A program made the translations under genes and the position numbers. A stretch of DNA of 64,000 nt. Origin: Candidatus Eiseniibacteriota bacterium. Lineage in GTDB: Bacteria > Eisenbacteria > RBG-16-71-46. The stretch covers positions 96,001 to 160,000 of the forward strand of contig CAVQXP010000004.1 of assembly GCA_963717935.1 (NCBI GenBank), given 5' to 3'. Below are positions 23,291-32,872 of this stretch, in pieces (the first letter of the stretch is position 1; the number at the start of each line of letters is the position of its first letter). Under the pieces are notes generated by a model, which saw only the letters and a list, made by a program, of their open reading frames with translations, was not told the origin of the DNA and did no database searches.

Positions 23291-23869
23291 TCAGCCCGCC
23301 ATGGCGAACTTGATCTCGACGTCCTGGCGGTCCTCGGCCGTCGCGTGGAACAACTCCGCCGGGGTGAAGGCGAGCCAGCCCGCCACCCACTTGTCGGGGA
23401 TCTGGCCGAGCCGCGTGTTGAAGGTGGCGACGGTGTCGTTGTAGTACTCGCGGCGGTCCGCGATCTGGCTCTCGATCTCGCTGATGCGCGACTGCAGCTG
23501 CAGGAAGCCCTGGTTGGCCTTGAGGTCGGGATAGGCCTCGGCCACGGCGAAGATGCCGCCCAGCGCCCGGGTCAGCAGGTTCTCGGCTTCGGCGCGCTGC
23601 CCCACGCCCTGCGCCCGGAGCAGCGCCCCTCGCGCCTCGCTCAGCTTGTCGAACACCGAGCGCTCGTGCTGCATGTAGCCTTCGCAGGTCTTCACGAGCT
23701 TGGGCAGTTCGTCGTGGCGCTGCTTCAGGAGCACGTCGATGTTGGCCCACGAGCGCGCGATGGCGTTCTTGAGGGCGACCAGGCTGTTGTAGATGGAGAA
23801 CCACACGCCAGCCAGCGCCACGACGCCGAACAGCACCGCGGCCGTACCAAGGATCTCACCGGGATGCAT
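23291..23869 (-). CDS. lemA: LemA family protein
   Basis: N-terminal TM helix, YNSLV, WANIDVLLKQR, EAYPDLKA, IADRREYYN. Confidence 0.95.
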   Translation of the reverse strand: MHPGEILGTAAVLFGVVALAGVWFSIYNSLVALKNAIARSWANIDVLLKQRHDELPKLVKTCEGYMQHERSVFDKLSEARGALLRAQGVGQRAEAENLLTRALGGIFAVAEAYPDLKANQGFLQLQSRISEIESQIADRREYYNDTVATFNTRLGQIPDKWVAGWLAFTPAELFHATAEDRQDVEIKFAMAG

Positions 23870-23911
23870 CCGCTGCCTCCTGGGGGTTGCCGGCGGGGCC
23901 GGCGGACGGGG

Positions 23912-24724
23912 TCATCGGAACCACTGGCTCGTGCTCAGAGCGTGGAGCCAGTACGCGAGACCGAACAGCGTGAGCGCGGGCCCGCCGATCAGCTCGGCCG
24001 TGGCCCGCAACCCCAGCTGCATCGTCAGCTCGCGCTCGGACTGCTGGGAGATGATGTAGGTGCGCTCGTTCTCGCCGCGCCGGATGATCGCCTGCGTCTC
24101 GTGATCGAGGCTCCGCAGCCGGCGGGCGCGACGGTCGTCGGTGCCGGTCGCCTCGAGCTCGTCGTCCATCGAGATCGCGACCGACTGCGGCCGCGGCATG
24201 GCGGTCCCCAGCACGTAGACGCGCTGGCCGGCCTCCAGCACGCGCTCACGGAAGCGCAGACTGCCCAGGCGCCACAGCGCGCTCCCGGCGGGGCGGTGCT
24301 CATGCAGGTACTGGGCGTAGAGGTCGGGGAGCGAGATCCCCAGGCACTCTTCCTGGATCTGGAAGTTGAGCCGCACCGTGGCGTCCTGCGGGTAGACCAG
24401 CGCCACGCCGGTCTCGTCGCGCAGGAAGAAGGGGCTCCCCGAGGCGTTGCGGTGCACCACGTGCCAGGTGTTGCGCCGCGAGCGCGTGGCGATGTCCACC
24501 TGCCAGTAGGCGCACGGCCGGCCGGAGAATGGCGCCACGAGTTCGCTGCGCGGGCTCGCCTCGCCGTCGATCTCCACGAGCCCCATGGGCATCGAGCGGA
24601 TGCGTGCGGTCGGCGTGTTCTGGATGAGCCGCTGCACGCGCAGGTCACGGAAGCTGCGCCAGAACAGGACGGGCCCCGTGCCCAGCGCCAGCGAAGCCCA
24701 GAAGGGCAGCTCGAGACCGTGCAT
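23912..24724 (-). CDS. GIDE/BAM-domain membrane protein
   Basis: TM helix, IQNTPTARIRSMPMGLVEIDG, APFSGRPC, PFFLRDETG..VYP, RFRERVL..VYVLG, C-terminal TM helix. Confidence 0.75.
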   Translation of the reverse strand: MHGLELPFWASLALGTGPVLFWRSFRDLRVQRLIQNTPTARIRSMPMGLVEIDGEASPRSELVAPFSGRPCAYWQVDIATRSRRNTWHVVHRNASGSPFFLRDETGVALVYPQDATVRLNFQIQEECLGISLPDLYAQYLHEHRPAGSALWRLGSLRFRERVLEAGQRVYVLGTAMPRPQSVAISMDDELEATGTDDRRARRLRSLDHETQAIIRRGENERTYIISQQSERELTMQLGLRATAELIGGPALTLFGLAYWLHALSTSQWFR

Positions 24725-24733
24725 CGCCGCCGC

Positions 24734-25564
24734 CTAGAAGCGTCCCAACGCGCGCAGGTAGTCGGCCACGGCGGCCAGATGGAGCAGGCCGAGCAGGCTC
24801 AGCGCCGGCCCGGCGAACACGCCCAGCGCCCGCCAGGCGGGCACGGCAAGGTCGCGGGCCACCGGCGCCCGGTCGGAGACGAAGAGGAAGTCGAGGAGCT
24901 CGCCCGGACCCAGCCACAGGTCGCACACCTGCGCGGTGGCGCTCGCGGGGGCCACCTCGAACGTGGAGTCCGTGCCGGTCCGCACGAGCTCGAGGGCCAC
25001 CGGCTGATCGAGCGGGTGCGAGCGCCGCGCGAACCCCACGACGTGGCAGGACGAACCGGCGAGCAGCGCGCGCTCGACCAGCCGCAGCCGGCCTCCCGCG
25101 CGGCGCCACCACAGCGCCTCGGGGACCTGCTCCAGCAGCCGCGCCAGGCTCTCCGTCAGGGGCTCGTCGGCCGCGACCTCGCGCTCCGCGGTGGCAGAGA
25201 GCGACCAGCGGCCCTCGGCCGATTCCAGGCGTGCCAGGGCCTCGCGGCCCGCCACGCGGAAGGGACGGCGCTCCTCGACGGTCTTCACGATGTGCGCCCC
25301 GACGGCGTGCACTTCGAGCTGGAAGCCGGCGCACGGGGCGGCGGAGAGCGGCGTGAACATGGGGCTCTCGAGCGCCACGGTGCCGCTCACGTGCACGAAG
25401 CCCGCAAGACCATCGGCCAGCGGCCTTTCCGCGAGGCCGGCGAGGTGCCTTCGCAGCCGCAGTGAGCGCAGGCCGTCGCTGAAGATCGGCGCCCCGGCCA
25501 CGACGGCGCCGATGGCGCACGCGAGCCCCCCGGCAGTCGGATGAACGAGCTGGGTAAGGTCCAT
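24734..25564 (-). CDS. Divergent GIDE/BAM-domain paralogue
   Basis: Colinear motifs shared with the neighbour (TPLSAAPC, RLVERALLAG..VVG, TGTD, GPALSLLGL). Confidence 0.65.
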   Translation of the reverse strand: MDLTQLVHPTAGGLACAIGAVVAGAPIFSDGLRSLRLRRHLAGLAERPLADGLAGFVHVSGTVALESPMFTPLSAAPCAGFQLEVHAVGAHIVKTVEERRPFRVAGREALARLESAEGRWSLSATAEREVAADEPLTESLARLLEQVPEALWWRRAGGRLRLVERALLAGSSCHVVGFARRSHPLDQPVALELVRTGTDSTFEVAPASATAQVCDLWLGPGELLDFLFVSDRAPVARDLAVPAWRALGVFAGPALSLLGLLHLAAVADYLRALGRF

Positions 25565-25650
25565 CGTCCCGGGTTATCGGCGCCCCGGACGCGGGACATC
25601 AGCCGGAAATGAGGCCCGGGATGGGTCGGCGGAGACGCTCTACCCGCCGC

Positions 25651-26427
25651 TCAGCGCGCGCTTTGCAGCTGCCTGCCCCCATCGATCGGGACCGTCGCTC
25701 CCGTGATCCACGCAGCTTCGTCGCTCAGCAGGAACAGCACCAGCGCGGCGATCTCCTCGGGCTGCCCCACGCGGCCCAGCGGGTGCGTGGTCTTCGAGCG
25801 CTCGAGGAAGCCCGCGTAGTCCGGCACCGCGTTCGTGACGGTCTGCAGCTCCGTCACCACGACGCCCGGGTTCAGCGCGTTCACCCGCACGCCGTGCGGC
25901 GCCAGGTCCAGCGCGGCGCAGCGCGTGAAGGCATCCACGCCGGCCTTGCTCACCACGTAACCCATGAGGTTGGCGTACGGGCGCGGCCCCGCGACCGAGG
26001 AGAGGTTCACGACCGCGCCGCGGCGCTTGATCAACTCGGGCGCGGCGGCGCGGGTGAGCAGGTACATGGCGCGCAGGTTCGTGTCCATCATGCGGTCCCA
26101 TTCCACGGGCTCGAGGTTCAGCAGCCCGCCGCCACCCATCACGCCGGCCGAGTTCACGAGCCCGTCGAGTCCCCCACAGGACTCCACGGCCACATCCACC
26201 CAGGAACGGCAGGCACTCTCCTCGCGTACGTCGCCCGCCACGGCGATCGCCTCGCCACCGGCGCCGCGGATCCGTGCCACGACCTCGTCGAGCCGGGCCT
26301 GCCGGCGTCCCGCGGCGACCACCTTCGCGCCCTCTGCGCCCAGCGCGAGAGCACACGCCCGGCCGATGCCGCTGCTCGCGCCGGTGACGAGGTAGACGCG
26401 GTCCCTGAAACGGGCCTGGCCAGTCAT
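25651..26427 (-). CDS. Short-chain dehydrogenase/reductase
   Basis: TGASSGIG, NSAG, YVVSK (YxxxK), VRVNALNPG. Confidence 0.95.
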   Translation of the reverse strand: MTGQARFRDRVYLVTGASSGIGRACALALGAEGAKVVAAGRRQARLDEVVARIRGAGGEAIAVAGDVREESACRSWVDVAVESCGGLDGLVNSAGVMGGGGLLNLEPVEWDRMMDTNLRAMYLLTRAAAPELIKRRGAVVNLSSVAGPRPYANLMGYVVSKAGVDAFTRCAALDLAPHGVRVNALNPGVVVTELQTVTNAVPDYAGFLERSKTTHPLGRVGQPEEIAALVLFLLSDEAAWITGATVPIDGGRQLQSAR

Positions 26428-26748
26428 TCGTCTCTCTCCATTCGAGTTAGGGAGGTGCTGAACAAGTCCGGAATCGGTCCGGCCGGGAGGTTATCCAAGG
26501 CGTCGGCCCGAGTCCAACTTTCCACACCCTGGAGTGCGTGCACGGGTCCACGGAAACCCCTGCGCGAGGTCTTCATCCAGGGGCGCGGCGGCCGACGCAT
26601 CCCCGATCGATTCGAGGGCGGCCTGGAAGAACCGCGAGTGGCTCGACGCCCTGGGCGTCGAGGTGCTCTCGCTCGATACCGAGGAGGCCGGAGCGCAGGT
26701 GCTGCGCGTCATCGACCAGGCGCGGGTCCGCCCGCGCGCCTAGCCTCG

Positions 26749-27174
26749 CTACCGGACGCTTCCCCGTTCGGCCTTCGCCAGCACGGCCAGGAATCCGCGG
26801 TCCGCGTCCAGCACCTCCGCCGGATCGACCTCGGAAGGCCGGTTCCAGCGCACCTCGTGGACCTCGGGGCTGGGCGTGAAGTCGAGCGAGTCCAGCTCGC
26901 AGCGCACGAAGTGCAGCTCGACCGAAAGGCCGTGAGCGTACTCGTGCGTCTCCACGGCCAGCGTGCCTTGCGGCACGGAGCCCACCCCCAGCTCCTCGCG
27001 CAGCTCGCGCACCAGGGCCTGCTCGGCCGTCTCGCCGGGCTCGAGCTTGCCGCCGGGGAACTCCCACTTGAGCCCGAGCGGCCCACCCGGCGGGCGACGC
27101 GTCAGGAGCACCCGCCCGTCGCACCAGACGACCGCGGCGGCCACCTTGACGGGGCGGGAGCTGGCATCAGCCAC
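26749..27174 (-). CDS. MutT/NudG-like Nudix hydrolase
   Basis: WEFPGGKLEPGETAEQALVRELREELG Nudix box. Confidence 0.92.
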   Translation of the reverse strand: MADASSRPVKVAAAVVWCDGRVLLTRRPPGGPLGLKWEFPGGKLEPGETAEQALVRELREELGVGSVPQGTLAVETHEYAHGLSVELHFVRCELDSLDFTPSPEVHEVRWNRPSEVDPAEVLDADRGFLAVLAKAERGSVR

Positions 27175-27775
27175 GGCGCGGCCCCTCCCCCAGCGCCTCG
27201 CGCACCTCGCGCTCGAAGAGCAGGAGGTAGCGCCGCTCGCCCGACTCCCGCGCGGCGATGGCCCGGCGCGCCGCCTGACAGAGGAAGGCCGCCGGTTCGG
27301 GATCGAGCCTGCGGCAGCGGCGCAGCGGCCCCGGCAGCCGCAGGTAGCCCGGGGGCGCGTCGTTGAGCAACGGTGAGCGCGCGAGTGCCCACAGGTCGCA
27401 GGCGCGCTCGCCGCGCGGCACCTCGCGGCGGGCTTGCAGGAGGTGCGTGAACTCGTGCGCGATGGTGAAGTACGAGAGCCGGCGGGGGCGCACCCAGATG
27501 CCCGGGCGCTCGGGGTCGAGCGAACCCCAGCCGAGCACGCCGCGCTTCTGAGCCAGCCCGACGCGCACCGTACGGTCGGCCAACTCGGGAAAGAAGCGCC
27601 GCACGAACTCCAGGCGCTCGAGGATGCGCGGCCGGTGCGGTGAGCGCTCGACCAGCCTCGAGAGGTCCCAGCGGGGACGCGGCGGCCCGAAGTCCATCGC
27701 GAGCTGCTCGAGCGGCACGATCCGGCGGCGGCGGCGCACGGACCGCGGCTGCAGAGCGACGGAGAGAGCGGGCAT
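27167..27775 (-). CDS. Hypothetical zincin-like protein
   Basis: TIAHEFTHLLQ..GERACD; stop overlaps the Nudix start. Start is uncertain. Confidence 0.6.
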   Translation of the reverse strand: MPALSVALQPRSVRRRRRIVPLEQLAMDFGPPRPRWDLSRLVERSPHRPRILERLEFVRRFFPELADRTVRVGLAQKRGVLGWGSLDPERPGIWVRPRRLSYFTIAHEFTHLLQARREVPRGERACDLWALARSPLLNDAPPGYLRLPGPLRRCRRLDPEPAAFLCQAARRAIAARESGERRYLLLFEREVREALGEGPRRG

Positions 27776-28186
27776 CGCGGGACTTTCTAGCACAGGGGGC
27801 GGGACTGGCAAAGGGCGAAGGCGGGCGAGGGCGGAGCTTGCGGCGGGGGCGGCGGGAATCGTGCAGGCCGGAGGACGGCTAAGTACGGACACGCTCGCCC
27901 TCCGGCCTGCACGATCCCCGCCGCGAAGCTTGGACCATGGACGATGCAGCCGGCATGGGCGAGAGGGACGACGCAGAGCCCGCAGCGAGGGTCCGGGCCC
28001 CGGCCGACGCAGGATGCGGCGGCCGGGGGATTGCCCGGGAGCGAGCACCGCCAGGATGGCGGCGCGCAGCGTCCTCGCGGAGGGCTTTGCGTCGTCCCTC
28101 TCGCCCATGCCGGGGACAACAGCCTCGGGCCTCGCCGCGAAGCCTGCTGGCCCGGCGGGCCGCCTTCTGCCATGCTCGGCGCGCCC

Positions 28187-28918
28187 ATGAGCGAACCGAC
28201 CCAGGCGCCCGAGATCTCCGTCGTCATCCCGGCCTACGACGAGGCCGAGAACCTGCCCATCCTGCTCGCCGAGCTGCGCCCGGTGCTCGAGGCGACCGGG
28301 CGGACCTGGGAGCTGGTGCTGGTGGACGACGGCAGCCACGACGGCACGGCGGAGCGCATCCGCGCCGAGTCCGTCGCCGACCCCCGCATCCGGCCCGTGC
28401 TGCTCGCGGCCAACGGCGGGCAGAGCGCGGCGCTGGCCGCCGGTTTCGCGCAGGTCCGCGGAGGCGTCGTCGTGACGCTCGACGCCGACCTGCAGAACGA
28501 CCCGGCCGACCTGCCACGCCTCCTGGCCGCGCTCGAGCAGGCCGACGTGGTCTCGGGCATCCGCGCGAACCGTCAGGACTCGGCCGTGCGCCTGATCTCC
28601 TCGCGCATCGCGAACAGCTTCCGTCGCTGGGTGTTGGGCGACCGGGTCACCGACATCGGCTGCTCGTTCAAGGCCTACCGGCGCGAGGCGCTCGAGGGCC
28701 TGCCCATGTTCGTGGGCGCACACCGGTTCCTGCCCGCGTTGTGCGTGTTCCGCGGCGCGCGGCTGGCCGAGGTCGAACTCTCGCACCGCCCCCGGCGTCA
28801 CGGTGTGTCGAAGTACGGTGTCGGCAACCGGCTGTGGCGCGGGCTGCACGACCTCCTGGGTGTGCGCTGGCTCAAGTCGCGGCTAGTGCGCTACCGCGTG
28901 CGCGACGACTCGCGCTGA
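28187..28918 (+). CDS. GT2 polyprenol-phosphate glycosyltransferase (DPM/ArnC-like)
   Basis: SVVIPAYDE, VDDGSHD, GQSAAL, LDADLQNDP, HRFLP, GVSKY. Confidence 0.92.
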   Translation: MSEPTQAPEISVVIPAYDEAENLPILLAELRPVLEATGRTWELVLVDDGSHDGTAERIRAESVADPRIRPVLLAANGGQSAALAAGFAQVRGGVVVTLDADLQNDPADLPRLLAALEQADVVSGIRANRQDSAVRLISSRIANSFRRWVLGDRVTDIGCSFKAYRREALEGLPMFVGAHRFLPALCVFRGARLAEVELSHRPRRHGVSKYGVGNRLWRGLHDLLGVRWLKSRLVRYRVRDDSR

Positions 28919-29070
28919 GGCTGCCACTCCGGCGGACGGCAGGGGGCCCGGCCCGGCCGGCGTCGTCGAAGGTTGTGGCATCGGGGGCCGGGGCGGGCTT
29001 ATAGTGCCGGCACGGCAGCTCCCCCGAACATGGACGTTGGCCCCGAGGACGGATCCTCAAGGAGCCCCGC

Positions 29071-29616
29071 ATGCGCATCATCGTTCGCTTCTGCTTCGTC
29101 ACCCTCCTGCTGCTCGTTTCCGCCGTGCTCGCCCGCGCCCAGGCGCTCTCCGGCGTGGACGTGATGAGTTCCACCGTGATGCAGCAGCATCAGAGCTCGT
29201 TCTCGGGCCTCAGCGCCCGCGTGCGGCTGCGCTCGGCACGCATCGTCGAGGACTTCGACCTCCTGCCCTACGTCGAGTATTGGCGCAACAGCACCCGGGT
29301 CGAACCCTTCGGCATCACCAGCACGCGCAAGGACGCGACCCTGGGCGCCGACGCGCGCTACTCGTTCCGGCGCGAGGGCTGGCGGCCCTACGTGGGAGCC
29401 GGCCTCGGGGTCCACTTCCTCTCGACCGAGGTGGACGCGCCCTCGCTGGGCCTGAACCACGCGACCGACTCGGTCATCAAGGGCGGTCTCTCGGCGCTCA
29501 CCGGGATCACGTTCCCGCTCTCCAAGCGCCTCGACAACTTCATGGAGCTGAAGTACCACCACCTGCCGGGCTACAGCCAGCTCAAGATCAATCTGGGGAT
29601 CGCCTGGAGGTTGTAG
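29071..29616 (+). CDS. Small outer-membrane beta-barrel protein
   Basis: AAGGAG RBS, signal peptide, RPYVGAGLG, terminal strand INLGIAWRL. Confidence 0.7.
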   Translation: MRIIVRFCFVTLLLLVSAVLARAQALSGVDVMSSTVMQQHQSSFSGLSARVRLRSARIVEDFDLLPYVEYWRNSTRVEPFGITSTRKDATLGADARYSFRREGWRPYVGAGLGVHFLSTEVDAPSLGLNHATDSVIKGGLSALTGITFPLSKRLDNFMELKYHHLPGYSQLKINLGIAWRL

Positions 29617-29712
29617 GACGGTAGGAGACATCTGGCGCCCCCGGGCACGACCGCGAGGCCCGCCTCGTGGTCGTGCCCCCGGAGAGCGCGCCCCCGCCGC
29701 GCTCCGCGGCCT

Positions 29713-29739
29713 GGTAACGTTCCCCTCCCCTGCGGCGTA
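29713..29739 (+). promoter_or_regulatory. ECF-type autoregulatory promoter
   Basis: GGTAAC-N17-CGTA (AAC/CGT signature) 20 nt upstream of the sigma ATG. Confidence 0.55.
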
Positions 29740-29759
29740 GTCCCCTCGGAGGGTCGAGG

Positions 29760-30245
29760 ATGCTGACGTTCCAGGAGTTGTACGAGGCTCACGCGGTAGC
29801 CGTGTACCGCTTCGCGCTCTCGCTGACGCGCGACCGGCATCAGGCGGAGGACATCACCTCCGAGACGTTCGTGCGCGCCTGGGCGAGGAACGACCGCATC
29901 CGCACCGAGACCCTCCTGGGTTATCTGTTCACGATCGCCCGCAACCTCTTCCTGGACGGACGCCGGGGCGGCAGGCGGCAGGTCGCCCTGGACGAAGCGC
30001 TCGTGGATCCCGCCCCCGGCCCGGCCGAGCGCGCGGTGGCCGGGATCGCGCTGGAGCGTGCGAATCGGGTGCTGCGCACACTGCCCGAAGCCGACCGCTC
30101 GGCTTTCCTGCTGCGCGTCCAGCAGGACCTGCCTTATGCCGAGGTCGCGCGCGTCCTCGGCATCTCGCTGGTCGCCGCCCGGGTGAGGGTGCACCGCGTC
30201 CGCGCCAGACTGATCGCCGCCTGCATCGGAAAGGAGCCGTCCTGA
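29760..30245 (+). CDS. ECF sigma factor
   Basis: AEDITSETFVRAW, YLFTIARN, YAEVARVLG..RVRVHRVR. Confidence 0.92.
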   Translation: MLTFQELYEAHAVAVYRFALSLTRDRHQAEDITSETFVRAWARNDRIRTETLLGYLFTIARNLFLDGRRGGRRQVALDEALVDPAPGPAERAVAGIALERANRVLRTLPEADRSAFLLRVQQDLPYAEVARVLGISLVAARVRVHRVRARLIAACIGKEPS

Positions 30246-30562
30246 TGGAAGTGACTCGAAACGTGATCCTGGATCTGCTGCCGCTGTATCTGGCGGAGGA
30301 GGCCAGCGCGGACACGCGCGCCCTGGTGCAGAGACATCTCGAGAACGATCCCGAGCTGGCGCGCGCCGCGCGCGAGATGATGGGAGCGGTGTCCTCGCGG
30401 GACGTGCCGGTCCCGCTCAACAAGGAGGCTGGGATGGAGGCCTATCTGGAGGCCAGGCGTCTGCAGTACCGCCGTACCGTGCTGTTCACGGTGACGGGGG
30501 CCGCGATGGGGATCCTGGTCCCGCTCGTGATCGCCGTCCTCTATCTGCTCGTGAAGGGCTAG
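30245..30562 (+). CDS. Membrane anti-sigma factor, Cys-less ZAS-like domain
   Basis: Start overlaps the sigma stop; ILDLLPLYL..AS.DTRALV..HL; C-terminal TM helix. Confidence 0.75.
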   Translation: MEVTRNVILDLLPLYLAEEASADTRALVQRHLENDPELARAAREMMGAVSSRDVPVPLNKEAGMEAYLEARRLQYRRTVLFTVTGAAMGILVPLVIAVLYLLVKG

Positions 30563-30664
30563 CCCCGCTGGCAGGGGTGGCGCTTCCCGCCGATCCTCGG
30601 GCCCGCCCGCGGGAACCCGCGGCCGAGCGTCTCGGTCGCGGATTCCTGCTCGCCGTCGCTCGCG

Positions 30665-32617
30665 CTATTCCAGCACCGCCACGCGCGCCACCCGCGTGCT
30701 CGTGCCCTGCCGCAGGCACACCAGGTAGAGCCCCGGTGCAAGGCGGCGCCCCTCGCCAAGGTCGAATGCGTGGTGTCCCGCACCGAGCGGTCCCACCTCG
30801 CGCGCGACGATTCGGCGCCCCGCCACGTCGAGCAGTTCAAGCGAGGCTGGCGCCGCACTTGCGAGCGTGAAGTGCGCCGTCAGCGCACCTCCCGCCGCGG
30901 GATTCGGGCGCACGGGATCGAGCGTCAACGCGAACGAGGCCTCGCCGTCGAGCGTTGGCAGGTCGACCCACACCTCGCCGTAGAAGCCCTCGACGCCCGC
31001 GTCGACGATCCCGAGCCGGTAACCCAGGCGGGTGGCCGTGGCATCGACGCGGTCCGTGTACCGCAGGTAGCCCATGCCGTCCACCGCGACCTCCCCGATC
31101 CGTGTCCACTCTGCACCCACCGAGCACCGGTAGACGGTGGCCACGGCGCTCTCGCTCCCGCCCGCGAACCACGTGAGATCGATGTGGTCCACGCCCACGT
31201 CGACGCTGACGAACGAGAGCAGCACGGGAGTGGTCCCGTCGGCCCAGATCCGCTGGGCGTGGATGTCCCAGTTGCCGCTGCGCTGGTCCTGCCAGGCGAC
31301 GATGGCCCCGGCCGCGCCGTCCGGGACGACGGTGGGGTACCACTGATCGCCGAGGGCGGTGCAGAGGACCTCGCCGTCGGCCGTCCACTGGACCGCGCCG
31401 GCGGCCGAGATCCGCTGGGCGTAGATGTCCCAGTTGACGCCGCGGTTGTCGTCCCAGGTGACGATGACCCCGCCCGCCCCATCCGAGACGAGGGTGGCGT
31501 CTTCCTGCTCGCTGATGTCGGTGCAGAGGGCCACGCCGTTGGCCGTCCACTGGACCGCGCCGGCGGCCGAGATCCGCTGGGCGTAGATGTCGGAGTTGGT
31601 ACCGCTGCGGAAATCGTCCCAGATGACGATGGCCCCGCCCGCGCCGTCCGAGGCGAGGGTGGGCGTGTACTGCTCGCCGGTGGTGGTGCAGAGGGCCACG
31701 CCGTTGGCCGTCCACTGGACCGTGCCGGCGGCCGAGATCCGCTGCGCGTAGATGTCGTAGTTGCCGCTGCGGTAATCGTACCAGGTGACGATGGCCCCGC
31801 CCGCGCCGTCCGAGACGAGGGTGGGGTAGTACTGGTTGCCGGTGGCGGTGCAGAGGACCGCACCGTTGGCCGTCCACTGGACCGCGCCGGCGGCCGAGAT
31901 CCGCTGGGCGTAGATGTCGGAGTTGGTGCCGCTGCGCTCGTCGTACCAGGTGACGATGGCCCCGCCCGCGTCGTCCGAGACGCTGGTGGGGTAGTACTGG
32001 CTGCCGGTGGCGGTGCAGAGGCCCACGCCATTGGCCGTCCACTGGACCGTGCCGGCGGCCGAGATCCGCTGGGCGTAGATGTCCCCGTTGCCACTGCGCT
32101 GGTCCTGCCAGGCGACGATGGCCCCGGCCGCGCCGTCCGACGCGATGGTGGGGCCCTCCTGCTCGCCGGTGGCGGTGCAGAGGGCCACGCCGTTGGCCGT
32201 CCACAGGGGCGTACCGTCGGCCGAGATCCGCTGGGCGTAGATGTCCCCGTTGCCGCTGCGCTCGTCGTGCCAGGTGACGATGGCCCCGCCCGCGCCGTCC
32301 GACGTGATGGTGGGGCCCTCCTGCTCGCCGGTGGCGGTGCAGAGGGCCACGCCGTCGGCCGTCCACTGGACCGTGCCGTCGACCGAGATCCGCTGGGCGT
32401 AGATGTCCTGGTTGCCACTGCGCTCGTCGTGCCAGGTGACGATGGCCCCGCCCGCGCCGTCCGAGACGCTGGTGGGGTAGCACTGGTCACCGGTGGCGGT
32501 GCAGAGCGAAACGTTCACGAGGGAGTCGGCTGGCCAGGCCGCAGCGGCGGAGCGCGGCAGCAAGAGCGCCAAACCGAGCAGCCCCGCACAGACGAAGAAC
32601 GAGCCGGACTTGTGCAT
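30665..32617 (-). CDS. Secreted repeat protein (putative 8-blade beta-propeller) with C-terminal sorting-like domain
   Basis: GGAGG RBS, signal peptide, eight 54-55 aa repeats, Fn3/Ig-like segment, PVRPNP..LELLDVAGR..PGLYLV tail. Confidence 0.75.
   Translation of the reverse strand: MHKSGSFFVCAGLLGLALLLPRSAAAAWPADSLVNVSLCTATGDQCYPTSVSDGAGGAIVTWHDERSGNQDIYAQRISVDGTVQWTADGVALCTATGEQEGPTITSDGAGGAIVTWHDERSGNGDIYAQRISADGTPLWTANGVALCTATGEQEGPTIASDGAAGAIVAWQDQRSGNGDIYAQRISAAGTVQWTANGVGLCTATGSQYYPTSVSDDAGGAIVTWYDERSGTNSDIYAQRISAAGAVQWTANGAVLCTATGNQYYPTLVSDGAGGAIVTWYDYRSGNYDIYAQRISAAGTVQWTANGVALCTTTGEQYTPTLASDGAGGAIVIWDDFRSGTNSDIYAQRISAAGAVQWTANGVALCTDISEQEDATLVSDGAGGVIVTWDDNRGVNWDIYAQRISAAGAVQWTADGEVLCTALGDQWYPTVVPDGAAGAIVAWQDQRSGNWDIHAQRIWADGTTPVLLSFVSVDVGVDHIDLTWFAGGSESAVATVYRCSVGAEWTRIGEVAVDGMGYLRYTDRVDATATRLGYRLGIVDAGVEGFYGEVWVDLPTLDGEASFALTLDPVRPNPAAGGALTAHFTLASAAPASLELLDVAGRRIVAREVGPLGAGHHAFDLGEGRRLAPGLYLVCLRQGTSTRVARVAVLE
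31229..32506 (-). repeat. Intragenic tandem repeat, 8 units of about 162-165 bp
   Basis: Recurring near-identical blocks such as gagatccgctgggcgtagatgtc and gacgatggccccg on the plus strand; the last unit is slightly truncated. Confidence 0.95.
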
Positions 32618-32872
32618 GACGGCCTCCGGGGTCAGGGGGCCTCCGTGGGGACCGCATTGTAGCCCAGAGGCCGGCCGCGTGGCTCCACTATTCCACCCGC
32701 CCCGCCCCGCCCGGTGCACGGTCTCGCTCGAGCGCACGACGTCGTGCACGGCCGGCACCACGCGCGGGAGATCGACGCCACCGCCCGGGAAGGTGAGGGT
32801 GAGCGCGACGGGGTCGCGCGGCCGCGTCCGGCGCGGAGGCCGGGGTCCCGTCGGGGACGGTGTCGCCCCGGG

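Noticed and set aside
31229..32506. Tandem repeats as a CRISPR array or DGR template/variable pair
   Set aside because: Units are in-frame coding repeats of 162-165 bp with no unique spacers. No cas or reverse transcriptase gene is in the window, and the differences are not adenine-specific.
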